From Candidatus Latescibacterota bacterium (GTDB lineage: Bacteria > Latescibacterota > UBA2968), in contig OZ220741.1 of assembly GCA_965116885.1 (NCBI GenBank), forward strand, positions 4,576,001 to 4,640,000: 64,000 nt of DNA. Direction: 5' to 3'. This document shows positions 20,628 to 29,210 of the stretch, one piece after another; the stretch's first letter is position 1, and each line of letters starts with the position of its first letter. A model generated the notes under the pieces. It made no database searches and was not told the origin of the DNA. It saw only the letters and a list, made by a program, of their open reading frames with translations. Both the position numbers and the translations under genes were made by a program.

Positions 20628-21627
20628 CGCGCACATCCTCTCCATACAACACACACGCAACCCCATGCCCATCCTCAACAGCGAGCAGTTCTGGCCTATC
20701 GCCCGCATTGCACACCCCGTCCTGTGCCACTTCACATCGCGGATGAAAAGGACACCCCTGCAATTGCGTATAGGGATCGGGCACGGACCCCCTGATCGTC
20801 TGCAATCGCGTCTTTCTCGCCCGGATCATTCCCGGGATAGACTCCATCAGCGCCTGCGTATAGGGATGTTTGGGATTTTCAAAAATCTCCTCTGTCGCCG
20901 CGTGTTCCACAATGCGCCCCATATACATTACCGCAACCTCATCTGCCATCTCTGCGACCACACCCAAATCGTGTGTAATCAGCATAATCGACATCTGAAA
21001 TTCGTCTTGCAAATCGCGCATCAAATCCAGTATCTGTGCCTGAATGGTAACATCTAATGCCGTCGTGGGTTCATCGGCGATCAACAGCGCCGGACGGCAC
21101 GAAAGCGCCATGGCAATCATCACGCGCTGTCGCATCCCGCCGCTCATCTCGTGCGGATATTGTGCAAACCGCCGTTCCGCATCTGGAATCCCAACCCGAT
21201 CCAGCATATTTACGGCGAGTGACCGCGCTTCTTCACCCCGCAAATCGAGATGTAACCGAATCGCCTCAACAATTTGAAATCCCACCGTATGCACCGGACT
21301 CAGCGACGTCATCGGCTCCTGAAAAATCATCGCAATCTCATGCCCGCGAATCGCGCGAATATCCTCGCCCTCCTCATCCAAATCCGTCAAATAAATCTCG
21401 CGGTCTGGACGGTGCAAAACAATCTCCCCTTCCACAATCCGCCCGGGCGATGACACCAGGCGCAAAGCCGAAAAAGCCGTCACGCTCTTCCCACACCCAC
21501 TCTCGCCCACAATCCCCATCGTCTTCCCCCGGGGAATATCCATCGTCACGCCATCCACTGCGCGAACCGTTCCCTCATCGAGAAAAAAGTGTGTCTTCAA
21601 ATTATTTATGGTCAACACATTGTCCAA
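20620..21627 (-). CDS. Oligopeptide/dipeptide ABC transporter ATP-binding subunit (OppD/DppD type)
   Basis: [32 protein letters not shown]. Confidence 0.95.
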   Translation of the reverse strand: MDNVLTINNLKTHFFLDEGTVRAVDGVTMDIPRGKTMGIVGESGCGKSVTAFSALRLVSSPGRIVEGEIVLHRPDREIYLTDLDEEGEDIRAIRGHEIAMIFQEPMTSLSPVHTVGFQIVEAIRLHLDLRGEEARSLAVNMLDRVGIPDAERRFAQYPHEMSGGMRQRVMIAMALSCRPALLIADEPTTALDVTIQAQILDLMRDLQDEFQMSIMLITHDLGVVAEMADEVAVMYMGRIVEHAATEEIFENPKHPYTQALMESIPGMIRARKTRLQTIRGSVPDPYTQLQGCPFHPRCEVAQDGVCNAGDRPELLAVEDGHGVACVLYGEDVRDA

Positions 21628-21628
21628 A

Positions 21629-22381
21629 TCACACAGCCCCTTTTGCCCGCGCTATAAACGCCTTTGCACCCTCTTGCAGCCACCCCGTGCTATTCACCAG
21701 CATCATCTGCACCCCGGCAGCAGCGAATTTCCCGACATTATCCGACGAGGTCATCGTACCCGCAACACGCCCCGACGCGATGATCTTCGCAAGCGCGTCG
21801 TCAATCGTCTTTTGCACCACTTTATTTTCCAAATCGCCAATATACCCCATCGACGCCCCCAGATCTGAAGGCGCGACAAAAAATACATCGACCTGATCCA
21901 CAGTCAGGATCTCATCCAGATTCTCCACCGCGACAATGTCTTCAATCAAAATGGTGAGCAACACCTCGTCATTCGCCTTTGCAAAATAATCCGCAACCCC
22001 ATAGCCCTGACGGCTCGTGAACATACCGCGCTGACCAATGGGCGCAAACCGCCCACCTGCCACGACATTTTCCGCTTCTTCGCGCGTATTCACATGCGGC
22101 ACCACAATACCCTGCGCCCCCCTGTCCAGCGTGCGATAAATAAGTGTCTGATCGTTGCGATTCACGCGCACAATCGACGTCATGCCCCATAGATCACAGG
22201 CGCGTGTGAGATTGCCCAACTCGTCAAAAGCCATGGGGCCATGCTCCCCCTCAATCCATATCCCATCAAAACCCGCAGGACCAAATGCGTCGATATCATC
22301 CGCGTGCGTAAATCCACTGGCGACATACGCCTGTTCGCCGCGTCGCAACTTGTGTTTTACCCGATTCTGTCGAAGTTCCAT
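21629..22381 (-). CDS. HpcH/HpaI aldolase family protein
   Basis: IEGEH, VRV, LDRGAQGIVVPHV, IE, FVAPSDL motifs. Confidence 0.9.
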   Translation of the reverse strand: MELRQNRVKHKLRRGEQAYVASGFTHADDIDAFGPAGFDGIWIEGEHGPMAFDELGNLTRACDLWGMTSIVRVNRNDQTLIYRTLDRGAQGIVVPHVNTREEAENVVAGGRFAPIGQRGMFTSRQGYGVADYFAKANDEVLLTILIEDIVAVENLDEILTVDQVDVFFVAPSDLGASMGYIGDLENKVVQKTIDDALAKIIASGRVAGTMTSSDNVGKFAAAGVQMMLVNSTGWLQEGAKAFIARAKGAV

Positions 22382-22393
22382 AAGTCTAATCCC

Positions 22394-23530
22394 CTAACGT
22401 GAATAAGGATCGGCGGCGTCGCGCAGACCGTCACCGACAAAATTAAATGCGAGCACAGTAATAATCACAAAAATCACAGGCGTCAAAAGCCACGGCTGAA
22501 AAGCCACAGCCTGAACATTTTGCGCCTCTTTCAACAACACCCCCCAACTCGTCACCGGAGGACGCAACCCAAGACCGAGAAAACTCAGCGACGTCTCGCC
22601 CAAAATCATACCCGGCACAGCGAGCGTCAAACTCACGATAATATGGCTCATAAACGAAGGCAGCAGATGCCGCGTCATAATCCGCCAGCGACTCGCGCCG
22701 GCAAGCAGCGCAGCAGTTGCAAAATCCTCTTCGCGCAACGACAAAATTTTTCCGCGCACCTGCCGCGCCAAACCCGTCCATCCAATAAAGGACAACACAA
22801 CCGTAATACCCATATAAATCTGCAAGGGCGACCACGACGAAGGCAGTGCCGCAGCCAGAGCCATCCACAGCGGAATAGACGGAAAAGACCTGAGAATCTC
22901 AATCCCGCGCTGAATGAGATTGTCGATCCAACCCCCGTAGTACCCGGACACCACACCGATCACCAGACCAAACACAAAACTCAATGTCACCCCCACCAGC
23001 CCTATCGTCAGCGAAATGCGCGAACCGTAAATAATCCTCGAAAGCAAATCCCGCCCGAGATGATCCGTACCCAACAAAAAAAGCGTCCCCCCATCATCAA
23101 CGCCAAAGAGATGGACATCCGTCTCAAACAAGCCCCAGAACCGATAGGGCGCACCCCGCACAAATAACCGTACGGCATAGCGCTGTGAGCGATCTTCGAT
23201 ATAGAACTTCCGAAGCGTCTCCGGATGCCGCACGCCCTTGATCCCATACACAAACGGCCAGAAATGCACGCCCTCATCCGACACAAATTGCAAACGCTGG
23301 GGCGGGGCAAACGCATAGGCAACCTGCCGATGATTGAGCGTATAAGGCGCCAAAAACTCGCAAAACACAGCCACCACATAAAGCGCGACAATAACCAGAC
23401 CTGCGGCCATTGCCAGGTGGTGCTTGCGAAACTTCCACCACATCAACTGCCACTGAGACGCGGCATAGGCCTCCGTTTCCCCGGTCTGAACATCTCGCTC
23501 GACCACCTCTTCCCGCCTGGACACAGCCAT
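22394..23530 (-). CDS. Oligopeptide ABC transporter permease (OppC type)
   Basis: LGTDHLGRD, ETSLSFLGLG, SWG, GDGLRDAADP. Confidence 0.94.
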   Translation of the reverse strand: MAVSRREEVVERDVQTGETEAYAASQWQLMWWKFRKHHLAMAAGLVIVALYVVAVFCEFLAPYTLNHRQVAYAFAPPQRLQFVSDEGVHFWPFVYGIKGVRHPETLRKFYIEDRSQRYAVRLFVRGAPYRFWGLFETDVHLFGVDDGGTLFLLGTDHLGRDLLSRIIYGSRISLTIGLVGVTLSFVFGLVIGVVSGYYGGWIDNLIQRGIEILRSFPSIPLWMALAAALPSSWSPLQIYMGITVVLSFIGWTGLARQVRGKILSLREEDFATAALLAGASRWRIMTRHLLPSFMSHIIVSLTLAVPGMILGETSLSFLGLGLRPPVTSWGVLLKEAQNVQAVAFQPWLLTPVIFVIITVLAFNFVGDGLRDAADPYSR

Positions 23531-24526
23531 CTAACGCTCCCCCTCTTCGTAGCGAATGCGCGGATCGAGCCACAACAACAAAATGTCTGAAATGAGCGTA
23601 CCGACAAGCGTCAACAGGCTCAACATCATCACCATACTGCCCGCCAAATACATATCCTGATTCATAAGTGCGCGCAACAACAGCGGCCCCGTCGTCGGCA
23701 AGCCCAACACCACCGACGTAATCGTCGCCCCAGACACAATGCCCGGCAAAACCCACCCCACAGTACTGACGAGCGGATTGAGCGCAACGCGCACCGGATA
23801 TCGCATCAACAACACCCAGTAGCGCACGCCTTTGGCGCGGGCAGTCATCACGTATTGCTTCCGCAATTCATCCAGCAAATTGCCCCGCATCACCCGTATC
23901 AATCCCGCCGTACCAGAAGTCCCAATCACAATCACCGGAATCCACAAATGCCAGAGCAAATCGAGAAATTTGCCAAAAGACCACACCGCATTCTGATACT
24001 CCGGTGAAAACAGCCCTCCCGCACTCACCCCAAACACGGAATACCCGATGTACATAAAAACGAGCGCGAGCAAAAAATTGGGCGTTGCAAGCCCGATAAA
24101 GCCCAAAAATGTAAAACAATAATCCGGCAGTGAATACTGCTTCACAGCCGAATAAATCCCAACCGGAATCGCCAGTGCCCACGTCACCAACAGCGTCACA
24201 ATCGAAATAATAGACGTCAGCAAAATGCGTTCGCCAATCAACTCAGTAACGGGCCGATTCCACTCAAACGACATCCCCAAATCGCCCTGCACCATGCCGG
24301 CCAGCCACCGCCAGTATTGCACCATAAAAGGCTGATCGAGATTGTACCGCGCCCGCAGTGCCGCAGCCTGTGCCTCATCCACCGTCTCTCCCGTTTCACC
24401 CAGCGCGGCAATATACGACGTGAGATAATCCCCCGGAGGAAGCTGGATAATTGAAAACGAAATAAACGAAATAATCACCATTGTGGGAATCATCCACAAC
24501 AGGCGTTTGACGATGAGAATAAGCAT
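23531..24526 (-). CDS. Oligopeptide ABC transporter permease (OppB type)
   Basis: PGD, LDQP..VQY, GDLG.S, YVMTARAKG, LDPRIR. Confidence 0.94.
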   Translation of the reverse strand: MLILIVKRLLWMIPTMVIISFISFSIIQLPPGDYLTSYIAALGETGETVDEAQAAALRARYNLDQPFMVQYWRWLAGMVQGDLGMSFEWNRPVTELIGERILLTSIISIVTLLVTWALAIPVGIYSAVKQYSLPDYCFTFLGFIGLATPNFLLALVFMYIGYSVFGVSAGGLFSPEYQNAVWSFGKFLDLLWHLWIPVIVIGTSGTAGLIRVMRGNLLDELRKQYVMTARAKGVRYWVLLMRYPVRVALNPLVSTVGWVLPGIVSGATITSVVLGLPTTGPLLLRALMNQDMYLAGSMVMMLSLLTLVGTLISDILLLWLDPRIRYEEGER

Positions 24527-24555
24527 ATAAAAATTTCCTGGGAGGTGAAAAAAAC

Positions 24556-24587
24556 TATCCGCAGATGACGCAGATGACGCAGATGAA
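24556..24587 (+). repeat. Triple (CGCAGAT) repeat element, copy 1
   Basis: TATCCGCAGATGACGCAGATGACGCAGATGAA; related copies at 27690-27723 and 38205-38237 in the opposite orientation. Confidence 0.8.
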
Positions 24588-24609
24588 TGAAGATAAAAAT
24601 ATTTTGAGT

Positions 24610-25188
24610 TCAGCCATTATGTTCCTCAGACCCTTCTTTTGCCCGTTGCAATAATTCAGACAAATTTAGAGATCCTGCCCAGTGCTTCAGGTAATCCCAA
24701 TCTAACCTGTCGCCCTGTACTTTTAAGATACCCGATACATCCCGTAATTGTCGGTCTGAAACTTCGCCACCTTTTCGATACCAGATCAATTTTTGCAGTA
24801 CAATATCCTCTGGCGTTGCCACGACCAATTGCGTGTCAGCAATGGTCTGCGGCCTTCGACGACGCATTTCTTCGCGGTCAATCGCTTCAGAACCAGGTAC
24901 AAAAACATCTACCTTAATCATAGTTTCGAGATGGATAACATTGAAGGAACTGTGCCGAGAGACAGCGCGAATAACATCTTCTTCTTCGATATAAAATGCG
25001 TTTTGGGTATTTGCAATGAGAGCTTGAATATGGTGATTCTTCAGTTCTGCAACCATGTCGATATCCTGTGTGGCGCGAGGCTCTCCGTAGATGGAACTGG
25101 CAATTGACCCGCCCACCAGATACGGAATATCCAGGTTTTCAAAAATTTCAGCCATTTGCAGGGCGACGCACAGGGGTTCAGAAATCAC
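24610..25188 (-). CDS. Nucleotidyltransferase toxin, MenT1/AbiEii-like
   Basis: YLVGGSIASSIYGEPRATQDID (GG...R.T.DxD NTase motif), KVDVF, ATPEDIVLQKL...RD. Probable GTG start 25188, just after the upstream stop. Confidence 0.75.
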   Translation of the reverse strand: MISEPLCVALQMAEIFENLDIPYLVGGSIASSIYGEPRATQDIDMVAELKNHHIQALIANTQNAFYIEEEDVIRAVSRHSSFNVIHLETMIKVDVFVPGSEAIDREEMRRRRPQTIADTQLVVATPEDIVLQKLIWYRKGGEVSDRQLRDVSGILKVQGDRLDWDYLKHWAGSLNLSELLQRAKEGSEEHNG

Positions 25189-25189
25189 C

Positions 25190-25456
25190 TCAATAGCCCT
25201 CTTTATGTGGATCCCAGCCAAATGCTTTAATCATGGTCTGCCGGGGGAGCCGCAACGCGCCGAGGCGAAGGCGGATTTCTCGCTCATCTGCTTCGGGATA
25301 CCGGCTGCGAATGCCCGAAATTGCAAGGTCTGTACACGCCTGAGAGAGTTGGGATATTTTTTCGGCTTTTTCGTGTGGTGTCATTCGCCGATACGCTTCA
25401 ATGAGCAGGCGTTCTACCCTATGATTCGTGTCCCGCGATTGTGTTTTATAAGCCAT
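25190..25456 (-). CDS. Small putative antitoxin, MenA1-like
   Basis: 88 aa helical protein immediately upstream of the NTase; EKAEKI...GIRSRYPEADEREIRLRL resembles MenA1 as I recall it. Confidence 0.62.
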   Translation of the reverse strand: MAYKTQSRDTNHRVERLLIEAYRRMTPHEKAEKISQLSQACTDLAISGIRSRYPEADEREIRLRLGALRLPRQTMIKAFGWDPHKEGY

Positions 25457-25473
25457 ACAACTCTCCAGATATT

Positions 25474-25579
25474 ACGAATCAACGAATCAACGAAGCCGCG
25501 AACAATGTAGGGGCGGTGCCCCCGTGCCCGCCCGTTGGGTGGCGGGGTGGGGTTCGTCTATTCGTCTATTCATCTATTC
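25474..25579. repeat. Composite repeat: ACGAATCA repeats / GTAG-REP palindrome / TTCGTCTA repeats
   Basis: ACGAATCAACGAATCAACGAA (25474-25494), GTAGGGGCGGTGCCCCCGTGCCCGCCC (25507-25533), TTCGTCTATTCGTCTATTCATCTATTC (25553-25579; inverse of GAATAGACGAA). Confidence 0.75.
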
Positions 25580-27670
25580 CTCTATCGCATAACACTCAAC
25601 CGCTGTATTCCCGGGCGTGCGAAATGCCCAGCCGGACATCGCGACCTCGGGCACATTGCGAAATGAATTTTTGACCAGATAAAACGAGGGCAATGCCCCC
25701 ACCGTGCCGATAACCCACAGATTCTTTCGATTCAAATCGATAATTTCTCCCATAAGCCGGATCTGTTCGGCTTCGTCAATCGTCTTCTCAATCTCCCAAA
25801 ACAGCTCAATACACCGCCGCATATCACTGGGGGGTTCTTCCCCGCGTTTTTTCTCCGTGCGATACCAGCGCGCATAATCCACCGCGTGTACAGACTCATC
25901 GCTAAATGGAACGAGCCAGCGCGGATCCAGAACAGCGATCTGCTCATCTGACCCACCCCACACGCCAACATCGTGCAACAAACCCTTTTTGCGCTCGTAA
26001 AACAACTGCCGCGCTTCTTCTTTCACTTCTGAATGCACCCCCACTGCCGTCCAATAACTCGCCACCAGTTCCAGAATGCGATTGTTCAGAGACGTCGTCT
26101 CAATATAGAGCTTAATCGGTGCCCCATCCGCCCGCAATCGCATGCCATTGCTCCCGCGATTCAGGCCCATCTCGTCGAGCAAAGCGTTTGCGCGGTCTGG
26201 ATCGTATTCGATATATGCGCGCTCGTAATCCGCATCGTAAAACGGCGACGATGGCGGCGGACAAACTTGCCGCGGCTTCCCAATCCCAAAATAATCCGCC
26301 TCGTTTAATTCAGCGCGATTCAGCGCGTGCGACAGGGCTTTTCGAAAGCGATGATCCCCGATAATCCTCTTCATTTCCGGATCGCGGTGATTCAAATTCA
26401 ACGCCAGGATATTTGACCCCGCCGATCCATTGACCCAATGCACAACCCGATAATCGCCCTTCTTTCTCCCCTCCATGAACAGCGGATAATTCTGGAACTG
26501 CAGGTGCCGCCCCTGCATGCCTATTTCCCCGTTGATCGCCTTGAGATTGATGGTCTCGGGATCAAAAATCTCAAACGTCATGCGGTCGATATACGGCAGT
26601 TGATTCCCATCGGGATCGACCTTCCAATAATAGGGATTGCGCTCCAGCACTGCCGGGCGCGCAGGCGGCGGCGCAACCACAATCCACGGCCACAAACGCG
26701 GGATATCCGGATTGCGCCAATCGCGCATATCTTCAAAAAGCTGCTTCCACAAATCAAATCCCGCGGCCTCGCTCATCGCCTCGAGCTTTTCCAAAGACGT
26801 GTACTTCGGATGAAATTGCTTCATATAATGAGCCGGATAGCGCAACATCTCATAACCGCGCCCCGACGCCATTTTCACAATAAATAACCCATTGGGTTCC
26901 AAAAACGTGAACCGCACCGTATAATCATCGACCTTCTCCAACCCCATCACCCGGCCACCCCGCTTAAAATCGCGCGGCACAACAGGCGTTATCTCCTCGT
27001 CTTGCAACACATCCTCATACCAGAAAATGAGATCATCAACCGTAAACGGATGCCCGTCTGACCACCTTACCCCTCTGCGCAAATAAAATGTAAAACTGCG
27101 TCCCCCATCGGCAATCTCCCACCGCACAGCCAGATTGGGAATCACCTCCTGCGCCATCGCATCCCATCGCACCAGACCTTCATACGCAAATCGGGCTTCG
27201 ACAATACCCACATCGCGGGGACCTGTGGCAAACCGCGTCCACGTCCCCCCATAAGGCCCATTCTGTTGCGGCGGTACAATAACAAGAGGATCTTCCGGCA
27301 AGCGTTCCGACACAGGCGGCAGATGCTCTTCTCGCACCCGCTGGGCGAGCAGAGGTGCTTCGCCGAATTGTCCACCCGACCATTCCACCACCCGATGCAC
27401 CGCCCCCGTTGCCTCGGGATGGCGATTGGGGATCTCAACATCCGCCATCACAGCCTCGAGATCCCGCGTCCCATCTGCTTGCACCACAGGCACAACACCA
27501 TCCTCTGGCGCACGCACCAGACTGCCCATCATAGCCTCAAATTCCGATGCCCGTTGTATCGCATCCGGATCGCGCGGCGAAAGGTAAAACGCGACATACC
27601 CCATCCCCTGCACCAGAAGCACAAAACTGGCAAAAACGCCTACAAGCGCGACCCACACTTTAATTCCCAT
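25574..27670 (-). CDS. ABC transporter substrate-binding protein, family 5, with N-terminal membrane anchor
   Basis: LPPVSERLP.DP, YGG, LRRGVRWSDGHPFT, ERNPYYWKVD..GNQLPYID. Confidence 0.93.
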   Translation of the reverse strand: MGIKVWVALVGVFASFVLLVQGMGYVAFYLSPRDPDAIQRASEFEAMMGSLVRAPEDGVVPVVQADGTRDLEAVMADVEIPNRHPEATGAVHRVVEWSGGQFGEAPLLAQRVREEHLPPVSERLPEDPLVIVPPQQNGPYGGTWTRFATGPRDVGIVEARFAYEGLVRWDAMAQEVIPNLAVRWEIADGGRSFTFYLRRGVRWSDGHPFTVDDLIFWYEDVLQDEEITPVVPRDFKRGGRVMGLEKVDDYTVRFTFLEPNGLFIVKMASGRGYEMLRYPAHYMKQFHPKYTSLEKLEAMSEAAGFDLWKQLFEDMRDWRNPDIPRLWPWIVVAPPPARPAVLERNPYYWKVDPDGNQLPYIDRMTFEIFDPETINLKAINGEIGMQGRHLQFQNYPLFMEGRKKGDYRVVHWVNGSAGSNILALNLNHRDPEMKRIIGDHRFRKALSHALNRAELNEADYFGIGKPRQVCPPPSSPFYDADYERAYIEYDPDRANALLDEMGLNRGSNGMRLRADGAPIKLYIETTSLNNRILELVASYWTAVGVHSEVKEEARQLFYERKKGLLHDVGVWGGSDEQIAVLDPRWLVPFSDESVHAVDYARWYRTEKKRGEEPPSDMRRCIELFWEIEKTIDEAEQIRLMGEIIDLNRKNLWVIGTVGALPSFYLVKNSFRNVPEVAMSGWAFRTPGNTAVECYAIEE

Positions 27671-27689
27671 TATTGCCTCTCATCTGCCA

Positions 27690-27723
27690 TTCATCTGCGT
27701 ACATCTGCGTATATCTGCGGATA
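27690..27723 (-). repeat. Triple (CGCAGAT) repeat element, copy 2
   Basis: TTCATCTGCGTACATCTGCGTATATCTGCGGATA, an inverted near-copy of 24556-24587. Confidence 0.8.
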
Positions 27724-27726
27724 CCC

Positions 27727-28464
27727 TCATCTACTATATGCCCCACTGACAAACTTCTCAATCTCATCTCGCCCCCGCACAATAGCTTCATCGACAAAAC
27801 GCGCTTTTATATCCTCATCAAAAAACGCATCTGCCCGTCTCCTGTTCTCAGCAAGATGCTTTTCCATATCATCAGACAGGGGGCGACCTATCATCTTGAG
27901 AAATATCTGCTCGAGAACAACGGGGTCTGCATTCTCTGCCCATCCCCGCGCACGCCTTACAAATCGGGATACTGTTGCGCGATCAATAAATCCCACCTCT
28001 CCACGTCCATCAAACTGATCCAGCACTCCCGCGACACCTGGATAATTGATGGGTAATTCATCTACATAGGACCACAACCCGTAAATAATGGGCCGCCAGT
28101 CTTCAATACCGTGTACGTGAACCGTCACCTCATCGCGAAACGCTTCATCCGTCGTCAAATGCGCGATATACCCCATCAACAAAACGCGATCTCGCGGATC
28201 CATATTCTGATAATCCGCCAGATCGGGATGCGCTTCAAACATACCCGAAACGGATTTGCCCCATGTTTCGCGCTGCTCCTCCGTATAAAAATGCGATCCG
28301 TACTTGCCCATCTTCCCGAGCAAACGCATTGCATCTGGCGCCATAGAACCCGCCACAAGATCCGGCAAATACTGCCGATTTAGAGCACCTACCTCAGGCA
28401 AATCGCGCTCGAGCTGTACCTGCAACTCGAGCACCAATGCAAAATGACACCGCCCACGAGGCAT
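27727..28464 (-). CDS. Zinc-dependent phospholipase C-like hypothetical protein
   Basis: MP....H, GSMAPD, SHF, GYIAHLTTD pattern of the Zn_dep_PLPC-like family. Confidence 0.65.
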   Translation of the reverse strand: MPRGRCHFALVLELQVQLERDLPEVGALNRQYLPDLVAGSMAPDAMRLLGKMGKYGSHFYTEEQRETWGKSVSGMFEAHPDLADYQNMDPRDRVLLMGYIAHLTTDEAFRDEVTVHVHGIEDWRPIIYGLWSYVDELPINYPGVAGVLDQFDGRGEVGFIDRATVSRFVRRARGWAENADPVVLEQIFLKMIGRPLSDDMEKHLAENRRRADAFFDEDIKARFVDEAIVRGRDEIEKFVSGAYSR

Positions 28465-28535
28465 CCATCTTCCTTTCTCAACCAGAATCCACTAAATTCT
28501 GGAAAGAGGCTATCTATATCAACCGCAAGTGCGAC

Positions 28536-28568
28536 TGTCATTGCGGCATGATTTAAGCCGCAATCCAG
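28536..28568. repeat. REP-like palindrome (GTCATT...ATCCAG class)
   Basis: TGTCATTGCGGC-ATGATTTAA-GCCGCAATCCAG hairpin. Confidence 0.6.
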
Positions 28569-28599
28569 ATGCAGTACGACTTACGCTACATAGCACTAC

Positions 28600-28791
28600 C
28601 TATAATTCCGCTCTTATTTCAGAGTATTCCCGAAAACCCGTTGCCGTTTCAACCGCCTGATTTAGATCCAAAGCATCTTCTAAATCCTCAAGCCGTTGCA
28701 TCAAAGCGCGATAATCTTTCATTGACAGCACAACTGAGATCTTCCGCCCTTTTTCATCCACGACATATTTGGGTTTGATATTGAGCATCAT
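28600..28791 (-). CDS. Small antitoxin-like protein (Phd/RelB-associated type), no cognate toxin downstream
   Basis: YVVDEKGRKISVVLSMKDYRALMQRLEDLED pattern typical of antitoxins that precede RelE/ParE toxins. Confidence 0.6.
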   Translation of the reverse strand: MMLNIKPKYVVDEKGRKISVVLSMKDYRALMQRLEDLEDALDLNQAVETATGFREYSEIRAEL

Positions 28792-29210
28792 TATTCAACC
28801 GTTTTGAGCACAGTTATCCCCATCATCGCAAAATGATCGTCAAAAGCATACGTCTCTGAAATGTTATGCTTCTGACAAGCCGCGAAGCTGGTGCAATCTG
28901 TAAATGATAACTTGGCGGAATCGTATTGCCTAAAAAGCCGCTTGGCTTCTTGAAACAGGGTCTTATCGATTTCTGTGACGGTTAAACCATCTATTTTTTC
29001 AGCGCGTTCAATAAAGTCGAGAAACTGCATCGCTACTGAGTGGCTCACATCATATCGAAGTCGCGTTATGGTTTCATCAAGCACATAATCCGTCGTTAAA
29101 AATCGCGCTCTTTGCCGTTTTAAGTCCGCGTAAATCGTCACAGCGTCGGTGTGATTCTGATCTCTTTGATTGGAAAGAGCAATCCAGGCACCGCTATCGA
29201 CAAAAATCAT
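28791..29210 (-). CDS. vapC: PIN-domain toxin, VapC family
   Basis: MIFVDSGAWIA, VLDET, LSFTDCTS, AFDDHF: the acidic PIN residues are present. Confidence 0.92.
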   Translation of the reverse strand: MIFVDSGAWIALSNQRDQNHTDAVTIYADLKRQRARFLTTDYVLDETITRLRYDVSHSVAMQFLDFIERAEKIDGLTVTEIDKTLFQEAKRLFRQYDSAKLSFTDCTSFAACQKHNISETYAFDDHFAMMGITVLKTVE

